Part shown: in pieces, positions 9,109 to 19,529 of the stretch | How positions within the stretch are numbered: position 1 is the stretch's first letter | Layout: every line of letters starts with the position of its first letter | From: an uncultured Acidobacteriota bacterium | Lineage (GTDB): Bacteria; Acidobacteriota; Blastocatellia; RBC074 | DNA length: 64,000 nucleotides | Direction of reading: 5' to 3' | Assembly (NCBI GenBank): GCA_963796275.1 | Contig: CAWCKY010000006.1 | Span: 864,001-928,000, forward strand | The notes under the pieces: model-generated | Told to the model about the DNA's origin: nothing | The model's input: only the letters and a program-made list of their open reading frames with translations | The model's database searches: none | Program-made: the position numbers and the translations under genes

Positions 9109-10457
9109 TCAACGCCTCCCCGTAGAGATTCCTCAGCGGCAGTCACAATCATTTTCACCCCGTTCTTAGGCCGCAGCGTGATCGATGGCATCGGTTTCAC
9201 CAAATGATCGGGCGCAAGATCGAGATGAAATCGCTGAATGACAGTCGTCAGTATCAATATCGCTTCCATCATCGCAAACGAATTGCCGATGCAGAGCCGT
9301 GGGCCGCCACCGAAAGGGAAGTAAGCATATTTAGGCAGCTGTTTGATCTGATCGCCCTCCCATCGCTCCGGTTGAAACTCTTCAGGTTGATCGAAGTAGC
9401 GCGGGTCTCGCTGCATCAGCCACGGGCTCATCGTTACTTGAGCCCCGTCGGGAAAGGAATAACCATCTATTTCGAAACCGCTCACTGCCTCCCGGCCTAT
9501 TATCCATGCGGGCGGATAGAGGCGCATGGACTCCTTTATGACCATCTCGGCGTAAGGGAGTTGCGGCAGGTCCGCTACAGTGGGTGGACGGCCGTTGAGC
9601 GTTTCTTTCAGTTCAATGCCCAGCTTACGTTCAATCTTCGGGTGTTCCGCGAGCAGATACCAGGTCCATGACAACACGAGCGCCGTCGTTTCGTGTCCCG
9701 CGAGAAAAAGCGTCATCACTTCATCGCGCAGTTGTCGATCGGTCATTCTGCTGCCGTCGTCATCCTGTACCTGCAAGAGAAGCGAGAGCAGATCATGATG
9801 TTCCTGCCGGCTCTCGCGGCGCATTCGGATGATCTGGTGGATGATGCTGTCGAGTTTTTTGATAGCCCGCTCAAGACGAATCCTACCGGGCGTCGGAAGG
9901 AAACTGAGCGGCAGGATGTAAACGCTCTGCGACGAAAAATGTCGGGCCAATATTTCTATCGCCGCGCTTACGTCGCTGGCTTCGACCGAGGTATCAGCGC
10001 CGAAGAGCGTCTTCACCACGATCTCGAGCGTGAGCTGCATCATATCTTGATGAACATCGCGCACCTCGCCGGTCCGCCAATTACTTATCATTCGTTCGGT
10101 GCTCTCCACCATCACCTCGCCATAGGCGGCGATTCGGTCTCGATGGAAAGCGGGCTGCGCCAGACGCCTCTGTCGTATCCAGAATTCTCCCTCGCTGGTC
10201 AGGAGTCCGTTCCCGAATAGTTTCCGCAGCGGACGAATGCGCCATCCTCGATCCTTGATGAAGTTTCGATTATTCCCCACCAGTACATACTCGATGAGAT
10301 CGGGATGGTTGAATAGATAGAAGTTCATTCCGAAAGCGCCGTGATATACGATATCACCGTATTCGCGCCTGCAACGTAACAGGAAATTGAGCGGATCACG
10401 ATCGAATTCCAGAATATTGCGAATCAGGAAGCGTCCTTTAGGACCAGCCGGTTTCAT
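9105..10457 (-). CDS. Cytochrome P450
   Basis: 'AGHETT', ExxR 'ESMR', 'PERW', haem motif 'FGGGPRLCIG'. Confidence 0.96.
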   Translation of the reverse strand: MKPAGPKGRFLIRNILEFDRDPLNFLLRCRREYGDIVYHGAFGMNFYLFNHPDLIEYVLVGNNRNFIKDRGWRIRPLRKLFGNGLLTSEGEFWIRQRRLAQPAFHRDRIAAYGEVMVESTERMISNWRTGEVRDVHQDMMQLTLEIVVKTLFGADTSVEASDVSAAIEILARHFSSQSVYILPLSFLPTPGRIRLERAIKKLDSIIHQIIRMRRESRQEHHDLLSLLLQVQDDDGSRMTDRQLRDEVMTLFLAGHETTALVLSWTWYLLAEHPKIERKLGIELKETLNGRPPTVADLPQLPYAEMVIKESMRLYPPAWIIGREAVSGFEIDGYSFPDGAQVTMSPWLMQRDPRYFDQPEEFQPERWEGDQIKQLPKYAYFPFGGGPRLCIGNSFAMMEAILILTTVIQRFHLDLAPDHLVKPMPSITLRPKNGVKMIVTAAEESLRGGVE

Positions 10458-10633
10458 ATATCTCTATTGTTTAGTTGAGAGCGGGGCAGATTGCAAGCAT
10501 CAATGGCCGGCTGAATACCAATTGAGATATAGCACGCGCCTCACATAACTCGGTGCTCGGTAATTATTTCACTCGCGTGCTGCTCTCGCAGCCCAGAGGA
10601 GGGAACTATTGAGGATCCGATCTTAGAGGGTTT

Positions 10634-10709
10634 CACCACAAAAAACGCAAAAAGTGCAAACTACAAAAAGAGTTCTTTATCTTTCTAACCTTCGTCTTAT
10701 TTGGTGGTG
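10634..10709. repeat. CACCAC...GTGGTG-bounded imperfect hairpin with ~9-nt periodic A-rich arm
   Basis: CACCACAAAAAACGCAAAAAGTGCAAA ... TTCGTCTTATTTGGTGGTG. Confidence 0.5.
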
Positions 10710-11692
10710 TTATTTCTTCTGTTTGGCTTTCTCATCTGTATCGAGATTTAATATCTGGCAAGTCTTCTTTGTGAGTTTCACCGAGAGTTTGCCGGCCTCT
10801 CCCCTGGCCTCCAGATGCACGGGGACGTGTTGACCGCTCTCTGTGACCCAGATGAACATCTCACCCTTCTTCCGGAAAAATTTGTCCGGTCCGAATATTT
10901 TCGGCTCGAGTCTGATAGTTTTGATCTGGCCACACTCTGTCTTGATCTTCTCGCGCTTGCCGACGAGTATATCGAAATCATAGTTCTTTCGGTCATCGGA
11001 TATCGGAATGCGCATCATCTTGCCTTCCTTGTAATCCTGCAATCTCAGGAAATAGAGGCCGGAGAGCAAACTCATCATCCCATTCTGCAGTGGAAGATCT
11101 TTTGCTTGTGGAGGATCTTTTGGTTTTGTCAGGTCGGTCGTCAGGTATTTCACCTGCTGCGTCGTCCGATCGAAGACGGCTGTCTGTATCCGCTGTTTTT
11201 TATCCACCCTCTCCTCGAACAAATTCAGGCGCGCCGAGAAATCGTTATTATCGACCAGCGTCTCATAGCGGTTATTGACGCTATATCCGAAGAGCCTGAG
11301 AAGCAGCCCTTCGATACAGCGGTCGCGCGCAGGTGCAGGAAACGATCATTGGGAGAGGGAACGTATTGGGTGTTCAAGCCCTGTATCAGGGGTTCGGCCG
11401 GTTTGGCGGTCGTCTGATCCGCGCCGGGCGTTTTAGCGGCTACAGGGCCGAGATACTCCAGCGTAAAAGTGCCGACCGTGAGGGGAATCGCGAATTTCGA
11501 GACTTGAATATCGTATTCGAGCTTTTCGCCCGGGACGATCGGAAACGCGGCATTAAAATTCTGCCGCATTACGGCGAGCGGATAACCCTGTGCGGAAATC
11601 GGTTGGGATGCAGTCTGTCCCCACGAGCTCTGTTTCGAGCCATATGTGCCGAGTAGAAGAAGGGCAATCAGAGCGAGCAGAAATAATTTCAT
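10710..11692 (-). CDS. DUF3108-like exported protein, frameshifted near 11307
   Basis: Signal peptide and 'GEKLEYDI' in the 5' ORF; the alternative frame 'LLLRLFGYSVNNRYETLVD' runs into the 3' ORF ending 'MFIWVTESGQHVPVHL'; break lies in a G run. Confidence 0.7.
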
Positions 11693-11840
11693 GCAAGCAC
11701 CTCAGAAAAGACAGCCTCGAGTCAATAGGCAGCAGCCCCGTAGCACTATTGGCTGTAGGCATCAGACTCCGGACTCTTTTAAATAACTTTCGACGCTTTC
11801 AAAACGCCAGAATGCCTATCACAATCGCCAAGCCTATTTC

Positions 11841-12053
11841 TTACCGGAAGGCGATAAGCTGGTCAACCGGAAAATCGCGGTAACCCATATTACTCATCTC
11901 CTTGACGAATTTCGAGCTGACACCGTGAATCTTCATGGCAATGAGCTTATCCAGCGGAAGATTATGGTAGCCGAGCGCGCGCATCTCATTGATGAACTCT
12001 TCCGTCACTCCATGAATGCGTAGTGCTACCGGTTGGTCGGCCGGTAATCCTGT
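11841..12053 (-). pseudogene. Start-less fragment with ~29-aa helical repeats
   Basis: LPADQPVALRIHGVTEEFINEMRALGYHN / LPLDKLIAMKIHGVSSKFVKEMSNMGYRD / FPVDQLIAFR*; not in the ORF track. Confidence 0.65.
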
Positions 12054-12293
12054 AATACTCCAATGGGCCGGACTATTCTTTATGATTGAAATAGGTGTGG
12101 GAAGGCCTCTTGATTGCTCGAATCCTTATCGATGGCCACAATCACGATCCTGACTGGGAGAAAGGAACTTACGGGCAATTACCGTTCACTATCTGGGCCG
12201 TCGCGTCTTGTATCCCATGAACGCCGCCCGCCCGGTCTGCACTCTCACCTTGAAGTCTCTCCGCGTGAGGTTGGCTGAGGCATCGCGTACGTT

Positions 12294-12361
12294 CAGCCTG
12301 ATCGGGCAGACGTGGGAGTCCTGCATCTCGACACGCCGGTCCGATCAGGCCGCGCCGAGCG
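12294..12361 (-). repeat. 3' UTR hairpin, duplicated at 14992-15059
   Basis: 68 nt with one mismatch between copies; stem GCCTGATCGGGC / GTCCGATCAGGC. Confidence 0.85.
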
Positions 12362-14884
12362 TCACTGACACCCGATCGAGGTCGTCAACACGTTGATCGG
12401 CCTCAGCACCCCGTCAGGCCCGCGGAGGAACCAGACCGCCAGGTTGCTGCCGCTCGCGTTGAAGGTCACGCTGAAGGCGTTGGCCACGAGACCGGGCTGG
12501 AAGACAGTCGTCTGGCCGCGGTTCTGATTGCCCGGGGTGAAGAAGTTGTTCGCCCCCACCGGGATCGTCACCGCCGCGCCGGTCGAGTTATCGTAGCCAA
12601 AGCGCGCCGTGTAGGTGCCGTTGTGGTTGCGCTTCACGCAGTTCAGGATGGGGACGACGGTGGCCGGGATGGTCACCGTGTAACTGCGCGTAGCCACACA
12701 GGGCGAGCCATTCTGCTCGGCCTCGATGGTGAAGCTGAAGGTTCCGGGGGTAGTCGGCAATCCTGCGATGGCCGTGACGCCGTGCACCGTCACCAACTGC
12801 AAACCAGGAGGCAGCGCTCCCGCAGATACGCTGAAGGAGTAATTGCCGGCGGGCGTGGCGGAAAGAATCCTGAGATAAGGCACGGCCAGGTGAGGCTGGG
12901 GCAGCGTGGGCGGGTTGATGGTGATGCCGCAGGTATCGGCGGCGAACACATAGGCCGAGCCTTGATTGCTGCCCGCTGCGCCATCATCACTCGGTGCGCC
13001 GACCACGATCGTCTCCCCGCTGATCGCCACCGAGTTGCCGAGTTGGTCATTTGCCGCCGCGTCCGAGGCCTCGAGCTTCTGCTGCTGGCTCCATACTCCG
13101 CCGCTGCGCACAAAGACATAGGCCGAGCCTTGACCGCCGCCCGCTGCGCCAGAATCATCCCGCACGCCGACCACGATCGTCTCCCCGCTGATCGCCACCG
13201 AGAAGCCGAACCGGTCACCCCCCACCGGGTCCGTAGCCTCCAGCTTCTGCTGCTGGTTCCAGATTCCGCCGCTGCGCACAAAGACATAGGCCGAGCCTTG
13301 AGTGCTGCCCACTGCGCCAGAATCAAACCGCGCGCCGACCACGATCGCCTCCCCGCTGATCGCCACCGAGAAGCCGAACTCGTCATCTCCCTCCGCGTCC
13401 GCGGCCAGGAGCTTCTGCTGCTGACTCCACACTCCGCCGCTGCGCACAAAGACATAGGCCGAGCCTTGATCGGGGCCTGTTGCGCCAGAATCAAACCGCG
13501 CGCCGACCACGATCGCCTCCCCGCTGATCGCCACCGAGAAGCCGAACTCGTCATTTGCCGCCGCGTCCGATGCCTCGAGCTTCTGCTGCTGGCTCCAGAC
13601 TCCAGCGCTACGCACAAAGACATAGGCCGAGCCTTGAGCGCCACCTGCTACGCCGTCATCTTGCGACGCGCCGACCACGACCGTCTCCCCGCTGATCGCC
13701 ACCGAGGTGCCGAACTGGTCATTCTCCGCTGCGTCCGAGGCCTCGAGCTTCTGCTGCTGGCTCCATACTCCGCCGCTGCGCACAAAGACATAGGCCGAGC
13801 CTTGATTGCCCGCTGCGCCAGAATCAGCCCGCGCGCCGACCACAACCGTCTCACCGCTGATCGACACCGAGCCACCGAAGCTGTCACCTGCCGCCGCGTC
13901 CGTAGCCTCCAGCTTCTGCTGCTGGCTCCAGACTCCGCCGCTGCGCACAAAGACATAGGCCGAGCCTTGTTCGATGCCCGCTGTACCATCATCATCCCGC
14001 GCGCCGACCACGACCGTCTCCCCGCTGATCGCCACCGACTCGCCGAACCGGTCACCTTCCGCCGCGTCCGCGGCCTCCAGCTTCTGCTGTTGCGTGAAGG
14101 TCGGATCGATCGTCACCGGATAGATCGCTCCTTCGTCCCCCACCTCCAGCTTCACCTCATCTCCGGCCACCTTCATCCGCGCCTCCAGCTCTCGCCCCAG
14201 CGCATCGAACGCCTGCAGCTTCTCATAGCGCAACCCTGCTCCCGCCACTCTTCCATTCAACAGGATCGCCTGACCGCTCTCCGCCAGCCTCGCCTGCAAA
14301 TCTCCGCTCAGCTTCAGCCACAGATTCAACTTCTCTCCGGCGCCTCTCTCCCCGGGGGCTTGCCGGATCGTGAATCCATGCTCCAATCCTTCTGCCTGAT
14401 TGACATACCACTCCATCAGCGCGCCGCCCTCGCTCGTCAGCCTCTCATACTCGATCCGCTCGCCACTGACTTTCAGGCCGGCGGAGGTCACGACCTTCTT
14501 CCGCTCGCCGTAGCCGTGAGCGGTCAGCTTCATCCCCAACTGCCACTCCTGCCCCTTCCGGCTCGCTCCCTTCAACTCCACGCCTTCTCGCGTGAAGATG
14601 ATTCGATAGCCCTGCTCGGGGTTGGAAGCTTGGTATCCGCCTGCTTTCCGCTCCTCGAGCTGATAGCGCGCCGCCGTCACTGCGGCTGCGAGCGAGTGGT
14701 AGAGTCCTGATTGTTTGAGATGACCGATGGCCGCTTCGCCGCGCAGGGTCGGCAGCAGAGGGGCGGCTTTGTTGGCGGAACTGGCGCCGGCGGTCCGACC
14801 CGGAGTCAGACCGATGTAGCAGCCGATCAACGCGATCGCCGCGATGATCAGAAAACGCGTAATGTAAGTCCTTTGATTTTTCAT
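12362..14884 (-). CDS. Secreted FG-GAP repeat (7-blade propeller) protein with putative Ig domain, paralogue A
   Basis: Signal peptide; 7 ~56-aa repeats 'QQQKLxAxD....FGxSVAISGETxVVGA......GSAYVF'; 'GALPPGL...IAGLPTTPGTFSFTI'. Confidence 0.9.
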   Translation of the reverse strand: MKNQRTYITRFLIIAAIALIGCYIGLTPGRTAGASSANKAAPLLPTLRGEAAIGHLKQSGLYHSLAAAVTAARYQLEERKAGGYQASNPEQGYRIIFTREGVELKGASRKGQEWQLGMKLTAHGYGERKKVVTSAGLKVSGERIEYERLTSEGGALMEWYVNQAEGLEHGFTIRQAPGERGAGEKLNLWLKLSGDLQARLAESGQAILLNGRVAGAGLRYEKLQAFDALGRELEARMKVAGDEVKLEVGDEGAIYPVTIDPTFTQQQKLEAADAAEGDRFGESVAISGETVVVGARDDDGTAGIEQGSAYVFVRSGGVWSQQQKLEATDAAAGDSFGGSVSISGETVVVGARADSGAAGNQGSAYVFVRSGGVWSQQQKLEASDAAENDQFGTSVAISGETVVVGASQDDGVAGGAQGSAYVFVRSAGVWSQQQKLEASDAAANDEFGFSVAISGEAIVVGARFDSGATGPDQGSAYVFVRSGGVWSQQQKLLAADAEGDDEFGFSVAISGEAIVVGARFDSGAVGSTQGSAYVFVRSGGIWNQQQKLEATDPVGGDRFGFSVAISGETIVVGVRDDSGAAGGGQGSAYVFVRSGGVWSQQQKLEASDAAANDQLGNSVAISGETIVVGAPSDDGAAGSNQGSAYVFAADTCGITINPPTLPQPHLAVPYLRILSATPAGNYSFSVSAGALPPGLQLVTVHGVTAIAGLPTTPGTFSFTIEAEQNGSPCVATRSYTVTIPATVVPILNCVKRNHNGTYTARFGYDNSTGAAVTIPVGANNFFTPGNQNRGQTTVFQPGLVANAFSVTFNASGSNLAVWFLRGPDGVLRPINVLTTSIGCQ

Positions 14885-15059
14885 ACTTGCCTCCTCTTTG
14901 AAATTTAGAGATCGAGTTAGAGACTATTTCATTGTGGTTGCAGCAACCGCTGCAGGTGTCGAGCAGATTCTCTTTGACCACCCGGCATGTGCAGCCTGAT
15001 CGGGCAGGCGTGGGAGTCCTGCATCTCGACACGCCGGTCCGATCAGGCCGCGCCGAGCG

Positions 15060-17585
15060 TCACTGACACCCGATCGAGGTCGTCAGCACGTTGACCGGCC
15101 TCAGCACCCCGTCAGGCCCGCGGAGGAACCAGACCGCCAGGTTGCTGCCGCTCGCGTTGAAGGTCACGCTGAAGGCGTTGGCCACGAGACCGGGCTGGAA
15201 TACCGTCGTCTGGCCGCGGTTCTGATTGCCCGGGGTGAAGAAGTTGTTCGGTCCCATCGGGATAGTCACCGCCGCGCCGGTCGAATTATCGTAGCCGAAG
15301 CGCGCCGTGTAGGTGCCGTTGTGGTTGCGCTTCACGCAGTTCAGGATGGGGACGACAGTGGCCGGGATGGTCACCGTGTAACTGCGCGTAGCCACACAGG
15401 TCGTGCCATTCTGCTCGGCCTCGATGGTGAAGCTGAAGGTTCCGGGAGTGGTCGGCAATCCTGCGATGGCCGTGACGCCGTGCACCGTCACCAACTGCAA
15501 TCCGGGAGGCAGCGCTCCCGCGGATACGCTGAAGGAGTAATTGCCGGCGGGCGTGGCCGAAAGAATCCTGAGATAAGGCACGGCCAGGTGAGGCTGGGGC
15601 AGCGTGGCCGGGTTGATGGTGATGCCGCAGGTATCGGCGGCGAACACATAGGCCGAGCCTTGATTGATGCTAGCTGCGCCATCATCAAACGGCGCGCCGA
15701 CCACGATCGTCTCCCCGCTGATCGCCACCGAGCGGCCGAAGAAATCACCTGCCGCCGCGTCGGCGGCCTCGAGCTTTTGCTGCTGGCTCCAGACAACGCC
15801 GCTGCGCACGAAAACATAGACCGAGCCTTGATCGCTGCCAGCTGCGCCGGAATCAAACGGCGTGCCGACCACGACCGTCTCACCGCTGATCGCCACCGAG
15901 AAGCCGAACTGGTCAAATTCCGCTGGGTCCGAGGCCTCGAGCTTCTGCTGCTGGCTCCAGACTCCAACGCTGCGGGCAAAGATATAGGCCGAGCCTTGAA
16001 AGAGGCCCGCTGCGCCAGAATCAAACCGCGCCCCGACCACGATCGTCTCCCCGCTGATCGCCACCGACTCGCCGAACCCGTCACCTTCCGCCGCGTCGGC
16101 GGCCAGAAGCTTCTGCTGCTGACTCCAGACTCCGCCGCTGCGCACGAAGACATAGGCCGACCCTTGATTGATCCCCCCTGCGTCATCATCAAACACCGCG
16201 CCGACCACGACCGTCTCCCCGCTGATCGCCAACGAGTTGCCGAACCCTTCGCCCTCCGCCGCGTCGGCGGCCTCCAGCTTCTGCTGCTGGCTCCAGACTC
16301 CAGCGCTGCGCATAAAGACATAGGCCGCCGAGCCTTGATTGGAGCCGACCACGACCGTCTCCCCGCTGATGGCCACCGAGACGCCGAAGCTGTCATCTGA
16401 CGCCGGGTCGGCGGCCTCCAGCTTCTGTTGCTGGCTCCAGACTCCAGCGCTGCGCACGAAGACATAGGCCGAGCCTTGAGCGAAGCCCGCTGCGCCATCA
16501 TCAAACGGCGCGCCGACCACGATCGTCTCCCCGCTGATGGCCACCGAGACGCCGAAGCTGTCATCTGCCGGGTCGGCGGCCTCCAGCTTCTGCTGCTGGC
16601 TCCATACTCCAGCGCTGCGCACGAAGACATAGGTCGAGCCTTGAAAGAGACCCGCTGCGCCAGAATCACCCGGCACGCCGACCACGATCGTTTCCCCGCT
16701 GATCGCCACCGAAGTGCCGAACAGGTCATCTGCCGCCGCGTCCGCGGCCAGAAGCTTCTGCTGTTGCGTGAAGGTCGGGTCGATCGTCACCGGCCAGAGC
16801 GCGTCGCGGTCGTCCACCTCCAGCCAGACCTCACCCCTATCCATCCTCGCCGCCATTCGCGCCGCCAGCTCACGCCCTCCTGCGTCCATCACCACCAGGT
16901 GGTCGTATCTCATCACCCGCTGCCCCTTATCGTCTGTGAGCTCCAGCGCCTGCCCAGCTTCCACTTCCTCCGCTCGCAACTCTCCCTCCAGCGCGAGCGT
17001 CACCCGCAGCCGCTCCCCTTCTCGCCGCTCTCCCGGCGCTGACTCGAGCGTGAAGCCCTGCTCCAGACCCCCTGCCGTGTTCTGATACCACTCGGTGATT
17101 TGTAATTGATGACTTGAAATCTCCCATTGGCGCACTTGATGCTCGATCTCGGTGCGGTTGCCTCTACTCCTGAGCCGACCTCCGCTCACCGTCAGCTGCC
17201 GCTCGCCGTAACCGGCGCTGCGCAGCTTCATCCCCAGCCGCCACTCTGGTCCCGTCCGGCTCGCGCCTCTCAGCTCCACACCTTCTCGCGTAAAGATAGT
17301 TCGGTAGCCCTGCTCCGGGTTGGAAGCTTGGTAGCCGCCTGCTTTCCGCTCCTCCATCTTATAGCGGGCTGCCGTCACCGCGGTTGCAAGCGAGTGGTAG
17401 AGTCCTGATTGTTTGAGATGTCCGATGGCCGCCTCGCCGCGCAGGGTCGGCAGCAGTGGGGCGGCTTTGTTGGCGGAACCGGAGGAGCCGGCGGTCCGAC
17501 CCGGAGTCAGACCGATGTAGCAGCCGATCAGCGCGATCGCTGCGATGATCAGAAATCGCGTAATGTGAGTCCGTTGATTTTTCAT
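15060..17585 (-). CDS. Secreted FG-GAP repeat protein with putative Ig domain, paralogue B
   Basis: Same architecture with 7 repeats; near-identical N- and C-termini to paralogue A; GGAGG RBS before ATG 17585. Confidence 0.9.
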   Translation of the reverse strand: MKNQRTHITRFLIIAAIALIGCYIGLTPGRTAGSSGSANKAAPLLPTLRGEAAIGHLKQSGLYHSLATAVTAARYKMEERKAGGYQASNPEQGYRTIFTREGVELRGASRTGPEWRLGMKLRSAGYGERQLTVSGGRLRSRGNRTEIEHQVRQWEISSHQLQITEWYQNTAGGLEQGFTLESAPGERREGERLRVTLALEGELRAEEVEAGQALELTDDKGQRVMRYDHLVVMDAGGRELAARMAARMDRGEVWLEVDDRDALWPVTIDPTFTQQQKLLAADAAADDLFGTSVAISGETIVVGVPGDSGAAGLFQGSTYVFVRSAGVWSQQQKLEAADPADDSFGVSVAISGETIVVGAPFDDGAAGFAQGSAYVFVRSAGVWSQQQKLEAADPASDDSFGVSVAISGETVVVGSNQGSAAYVFMRSAGVWSQQQKLEAADAAEGEGFGNSLAISGETVVVGAVFDDDAGGINQGSAYVFVRSGGVWSQQQKLLAADAAEGDGFGESVAISGETIVVGARFDSGAAGLFQGSAYIFARSVGVWSQQQKLEASDPAEFDQFGFSVAISGETVVVGTPFDSGAAGSDQGSVYVFVRSGVVWSQQQKLEAADAAAGDFFGRSVAISGETIVVGAPFDDGAASINQGSAYVFAADTCGITINPATLPQPHLAVPYLRILSATPAGNYSFSVSAGALPPGLQLVTVHGVTAIAGLPTTPGTFSFTIEAEQNGTTCVATRSYTVTIPATVVPILNCVKRNHNGTYTARFGYDNSTGAAVTIPMGPNNFFTPGNQNRGQTTVFQPGLVANAFSVTFNASGSNLAVWFLRGPDGVLRPVNVLTTSIGCQ

Positions 17586-17658
17586 GCTCGCCTCCCGAGG
17601 TTTTTTCAAAAATAACGTTGATCGTTTGGCTCAAGACAGCTCCAGGCCGTCTCTCTTT

Positions 17659-17774
17659 AAAAGCTCTCTCTCACCGCGGAGACGCAGAGATCGCTTAGAC
17701 AGCGCAGAGAGAGGAGTATCTTCTCCACTAGAACTCCACCTTCCCAGCGCCTGCCGCGGTGGGGGAGAGCTTTT
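17659..17774. repeat. Inverted-repeat element in the FG-GAP leader
   Basis: AAAAGCTCTCTCTCACCGCGG / CCGCGGTGGGGGAGAGCTTTT (19/21), internal CGCAGAG repeats. Confidence 0.7.
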
Positions 17775-18326
17775 CCTCAGCAAAGCGTCACGTAATTTCC
17801 AGACAACCTCTTGCTTGATGTTTAGAGCTGACATCGAATGGCGGTCAAAGATGTCGGCCGTGCCGAAAACAGACGAGGGAGTGGAGTATCTCGCCTTCTG
17901 ATTGATCCTGCGTTGACGGAAAGCAACGATGAACGCTGAAGAAATGTACGTTGATCGCGTGAGTCTACAGAGGGTTGTGTCACGCGAAGATTGTCAAAGA
18001 ACAAGTCCCTAGAGCCATCGGTCGTGGTCTTTTGATTTCAGTTACTGAACATCTGTAGACACAGATACACGCATCCTACGATCTGTTTCGTGGCAGATTT
18101 CTTTTCGTCCCTTACTTCTTTCCTCGGAAATTCTTTTTCCGGAAATCTACCCTATCGTTTGCGCGGGAACGTGCATTGGGCCCTTACTGTGGCTGTAAGA
18201 ATATGGCGTAATCGCTCACAAGCTTGGTACGGCAAAGTAACGAAGAACAGGGGATCCCCCGAATTGACCAAGAGTCTCAAAGCTTTGCTCGCCTCTTAAT
18301 ACACACCAAACTCAGAAAAGCTTCGC

Positions 18327-18989
18327 TCAGTAGAAAGTATTTTTTTCCAACCCTGATAATTCCCGCCGCAGCCTCCGCTTCGCGCGCCCCAACAGCGACC
18401 CGACGGCCTTGACCGAAAGGCCCAGCTCCGCCGCCGTTTCGGCGTAACTGCACTCTTCCTCATAGCACAGGATCAACGCCAATCGCTGATTGGGCGGTAG
18501 TTTGGCCATGGCTGCTGCCATGACAGCTCGCTGCTCTTCTTCCACCAGCTCTCCCTCCAAATCGTCGATTGCTGGCGCATCTTTTTGCTGTTCGATGAAC
18601 GTGCGATCCCTGGTGCTCCTGACAGCATTGCGGCAGAGATTGCCGAGAATTGCGAAGAACCAGGTCTTGAAAGAGGCGGCCTCCGGGTTGTACCGGTGCA
18701 CGTGGAGAAAGACTTTCAGGAAGGCTTCCTGTACCAGGTCTTCGGCCTCGGCCTGCCGTCCGGTAAATCTCCAGGCCAGTCGCAACGCGGACCCCTGGTA
18801 GCAATTGACCAGCGTTTCAAAAGCCTTTCCGTCACCAGTGAGTACTCTCGCTATCAGTTCCTCATCGGTCACGGCGATGGCGACGAGTTCACGCTCTTTT
18901 TTCGAGTTGATGGGCACACTTCTCCTGAAAGGTAATTGCTCGAAAAGCAACTCCAGTTTCCTGTCAGTCAGCCGGCTGAGCACAAACAA
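18327..18989 (-). CDS. ECF sigma-70 factor (start uncertain, possibly GTG near 18872)
   Basis: Region 2 'AEDLVQEAFLKVF...FKTWFFAI..NLCRN'; region 4 'LPPNQRLALIL..EECSYAETAAELGLSVKAV..LLGRA'. Confidence 0.9.
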   Translation of the reverse strand: MFVLSRLTDRKLELLFEQLPFRRSVPINSKKERELVAIAVTDEELIARVLTGDGKAFETLVNCYQGSALRLAWRFTGRQAEAEDLVQEAFLKVFLHVHRYNPEAASFKTWFFAILGNLCRNAVRSTRDRTFIEQQKDAPAIDDLEGELVEEEQRAVMAAAMAKLPPNQRLALILCYEEECSYAETAAELGLSVKAVGSLLGRAKRRLRRELSGLEKNTFY

Positions 18990-19529
18990 CTGTTTGGCTC
19001 GTTTCTCGGCGGTCAGCCTCTGTTCTTTGTCACGGTTGAAAGAAGAGGGAATCCGGCAAGAGATTTCTCAGACTCACTACTCTGTTATGCCTCTTAATTT
19101 GGCGACCGAGGTAATATTCACGACCACAAACAACCACGTTTGCGGCATAGATGAGTGGCGGAACGAACGCAGGTGGTAATAGTCATGATCATCGATGGGC
19201 AACAATGATTCGCTAATCGAAACCTTCAAAATTCAATTGATCCGGATATGTCAGAGCCTGTTGCAGATCAAGAGGTACTTGATAGTAAAAATCACTGAAA
19301 GTTAGTCGGTCAAAAATCTTCGACATTGGGATACTACCTTTCTTCATTATGGTTTCTCAGCTGCATTATAGGGTGCCTCAGATTGCCGATGGTCTTCGGG
19401 AGCGCACTACCAGGTGGATCCGCACCCTCTTCCCACGATACCATCAATGCTATTAGCTGCCATCAGCCTTAAGATATGTTTTTATTGATAGCCTGGTCTT
19501 ACTATCTAGTGTATCTCTGGGTAGAGGCA

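Noticed and set aside
12945-16770. CRISPR array or DGR explanation for the FG-GAP repeats
   Set aside because: Repeats are in-frame ~168-nt coding units without unique spacers; no cas genes, reverse transcriptase or non-coding template repeat
12623-17042. Long alternative-frame and antisense ORFs (695, 413, 359, 284 aa)
   Set aside because: Shadows of GC-rich repetitive coding sequence
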